Shown piece after piece: positions 46,212 to 48,180 of a stretch of DNA of 48,180 bases. The stretch is from Fidelibacterota bacterium (lineage in GTDB: Bacteria > Fidelibacterota > Marinisomatia > Marinisomatales > Marinisomataceae). Position 1 is the first letter of the stretch. The number at the start of each line of letters is the position of its first letter. The stretch is taken from the NCBI GenBank assembly GCA_017856055.1, contig JAFMFP010000003.1, positions 1-48,180 of the forward strand. The letters run 5' to 3'. The translations under genes were made by a program, and so were the position numbers. The notes beneath the pieces are model-generated. The model saw nothing but the letters and a program-made list of their open reading frames with translations. It searched no databases and was not told the DNA's origin.

Positions 46212-47427
46212 ATTTTTTTATCAAGAGCACTGAGTTATGGCCTCCAAAACCAAAGGAGTTGCTCATCGCGATTTCAACATTTTTTTCTTTTGCTAAATTT
46301 GGCGTGTAATCTAAATCACATTCGGGATCAATATTTTCCAAATTTATAGTAGGAGGTATTAGAGAGTTATTGATTGCGTAAATACAAGCAATAGCTTCAA
46401 TGGCTCCAGTGGCACCTAAGAGATGACCAGTCATCGATTTTGTAGAGCTAATGCTTACATTTTTTGAACAGTTTGCAAAAGATTTTTTTATTGCATTGGT
46501 TTCAAGTAGGTCATTATAGTAGGTTGATGTTCCATGAGCATTGATATAGCTAACCATCTCAGGAGAAATTTTAGCATCTTCAAATGCCTTATTAATTGCA
46601 GAGCTTGCTCCAATACTCTCAGAATGAGGCTGTGTAATATGGTAAGCATCATTAGTGCTTCCATACCCAATTATCTCGCCAAGAATTCTAGCCCCTCTTT
46701 TTTGAGCATGCTCTAATTCTTCAAGAATAATTATTCCACTTCCTTCAGAAAGAACAAAACCATCTCTAATCTTATCAAATGGTCTTGAAGCTTTTTCTGG
46801 ATTATCATTATTTTTTGACAACGCTTTCATATTAGAAAAACCCGATATGGTCAATGGAGTAATTCCAGCTTCACTTCCTCCACAAACCATTGTGTTGATC
46901 ATTCCATTTTGTATCAACTTAAAGCTAATACCAATTGAATCTGTTGCAGAGGAGCAGGCTGTAGAAATAGAAAAATTAATTCCATTAAAATCATATTTAA
47001 TCGCAATTTGTCCTCCAGCAATGTTGGGAATCATTTTTGGAACATAAAAGGGAGAAACACCTCGTTGACCTCTAGAGATATATTTTTCATGCTCACTTTC
47101 TAATGTATTCATTCCTCCAACTCCAGTTCCAATGATAACTCCAACATTATTGGTATCTATTTCAGACTGTTGGATAGCTTGATCTGCAGCAATTAATGCA
47201 TACTGTGAAAACAAATCTAATTTTTTTGAATCTTTTTCTTCAAAAAAATTATTGGAATCATAATCTGATATTTCTCCACCAATTTTAACACTAAGAGATT
47301 CAGTATTTATTTTTTTTAAAAGGGATATTCCGGATTTTCCAGAAACTAAATTCTTCCATAATTGGTTAGAATTAGAACCAAGAGAGGAAATACTTCCAGT
47401 ACCAGTTATTACAACTCTACGAGACAA
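46204..47427 (-). CDS. fabF: 3-oxoacyl-ACP synthase II
   Basis: STACSS, SRPFD, INAHGTST, KSMTGHLLGA and SNSFGFGG motifs. Confidence 0.96.
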   Translation of the reverse strand: MSRRVVITGTGSISSLGSNSNQLWKNLVSGKSGISLLKKINTESLSVKIGGEISDYDSNNFFEEKDSKKLDLFSQYALIAADQAIQQSEIDTNNVGVIIGTGVGGMNTLESEHEKYISRGQRGVSPFYVPKMIPNIAGGQIAIKYDFNGINFSISTACSSATDSIGISFKLIQNGMINTMVCGGSEAGITPLTISGFSNMKALSKNNDNPEKASRPFDKIRDGFVLSEGSGIIILEELEHAQKRGARILGEIIGYGSTNDAYHITQPHSESIGASSAINKAFEDAKISPEMVSYINAHGTSTYYNDLLETNAIKKSFANCSKNVSISSTKSMTGHLLGATGAIEAIACIYAINNSLIPPTINLENIDPECDLDYTPNLAKEKNVEIAMSNSFGFGGHNSVLLIKKFS

Positions 47428-47431
47428 TTAA

Positions 47432-47662
47432 TTAAGCGTTTTTATTGATATATGAAATTGCTGAACCAACAGTTGTAATAGATTCTGCATCTTCGTCTGG
47501 AATTTCGATGTCAAATTCTTCTTCAAATTCCATAATTAACTCAACAGTATCAAGTGAGTCAGCTCCTAAATCGTCTAGAAAACTTGCTTCTGACACAACT
47601 CTAGATTTATCAACACTGAGTTTTTCAGAAATTATACTTATTACTTTTTCATCATGTGACAT
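47432..47662 (-). CDS. acpP: acyl carrier protein
   Basis: [14 protein letters not shown]; AGGAG RBS overlapping the fabG stop. Confidence 0.97.
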   Translation of the reverse strand: MSHDEKVISIISEKLSVDKSRVVSEASFLDDLGADSLDTVELIMEFEEEFDIEIPDEDAESITTVGSAISYINKNA

Positions 47663-47673
47663 ATTTATCTCTC

Positions 47674-48180
47674 CTAATTAAGTGACATTCCACCATCTAT
47701 ATAAAATGTTTGCCCAGTAATATAACTTGCTTCTTCAGAACATAAAAAATGAACCATATTAGCAATATCTGAAGGCTTACCGAATTTATTTAATGGAATC
47801 CTTTCAAAATAGCTTTTTTTTATAGTTTCAGAAAAATGAGATATCATATCTGTCTCAATTACCCCTGGAGCAATGCAATTTACTAATATATTTCTTTTGC
47901 CTACTTCCTTAGCCAATGATTTAGTTAGCGCAATAAGTCCACCTTTAGAAGCAGCATAATTTGATTGACCTTTATTTCCATCCGTGCCAGAAATTGATGA
48001 AATATTAATTATTCTTCCGAAATTCTTTTTAATCATTCCTTTTAAAACATATTTCATCAAATGAAAAGGAGCATGCAAATTGATATCCATAACATCCATC
48101 CAATCTTTATCAGTCATTCTCAGTAGAATATTATCCCTATGAATACCCGCATTATTAACTAAAATATCAATCGATTGGTT
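47674..48180 (-). CDS. fabG: 3-oxoacyl-ACP reductase, 5'-truncated by window edge
   Basis: Frame open to the window end: [13 protein letters not shown]...NYAASKGG...YITGQ; upstream of acpP-fabF. Confidence 0.93.
   Translation of the reverse strand, partial: NQSIDILVNNAGIHRDNILLRMTDKDWMDVMDINLHAPFHLMKYVLKGMIKKNFGRIINISSISGTDGNKGQSNYAASKGGLIALTKSLAKEVGKRNILVNCIAPGVIETDMISHFSETIKKSYFERIPLNKFGKPSDIANMVHFLCSEEASYITGQTFYIDGGMSLN

Noticed and set aside
1011-47681. Numerous 60-90 aa ORFs nested in or antisense to long genes (e.g. 4659-4883, 13875-14120, 14187-14459, 42950-43165, 47445-47681)
   Set aside because: They largely or fully overlap well-supported genes and have no motifs; these are shadow ORFs.
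1-48180. tRNA/rRNA/riboswitch/T-box elements (e.g. upstream of ileS or pyrF)
   Set aside because: Intergenic gaps are all under about 80 nt and AT-rich, with no recognisable structured RNA.

Overview
Very AT-rich, gene-dense bacterial chromosome segment with about 45 CDS, mostly on the + strand, with abutting or overlapping start/stop codons and almost no intergenic space. No rRNA, tRNA, CRISPR or IS/prophage was seen. Gene order (yajC-def-fmt-PASTA; ileS-dksA-lspA-rluD-xerC; TPR plus DUF4292-like lipoproteins) and four Na+/cation amino-acid symporters suggest a streamlined FCB-superphylum marine heterotroph, possibly Marinisomatota/SAR406 (inference only). Content in order: a small accessory-looking block (MORN-repeat gene, 2 GNATs, 2 small membrane proteins); an envelope operon with an ECF sigma/anti-sigma pair; a GT2-GT4-GT2-flippase-YfhO glycosylation cluster; housekeeping genes; a thioredoxin-ApbE::DUF4266-DUF3570-DsbD extracytoplasmic flavinylation/redox operon followed by DegP/Q; type-2 IleRS; pckA; greA; lptG; an agcS-PMM-polyprenyl synthase-PGI/PMI operon; and fabG-acpP-fabF. 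Highlights: (1) ApbE is fused in frame to DUF4266 and linked to DsbD; (2) a shared GGGAAC-N16/17-GT ECF-like promoter precedes the redox operon and degP; (3) sigma70 -10 boxes sit 5-7 nt from several start codons, implying leaderless mRNAs; (4) IleRS has GVHH/EMHKS signature motifs; (5) a eukaryote-type phosphomannomutase lies near a bifunctional PGI/PMI; (6) the DksA zinc site is rearranged.
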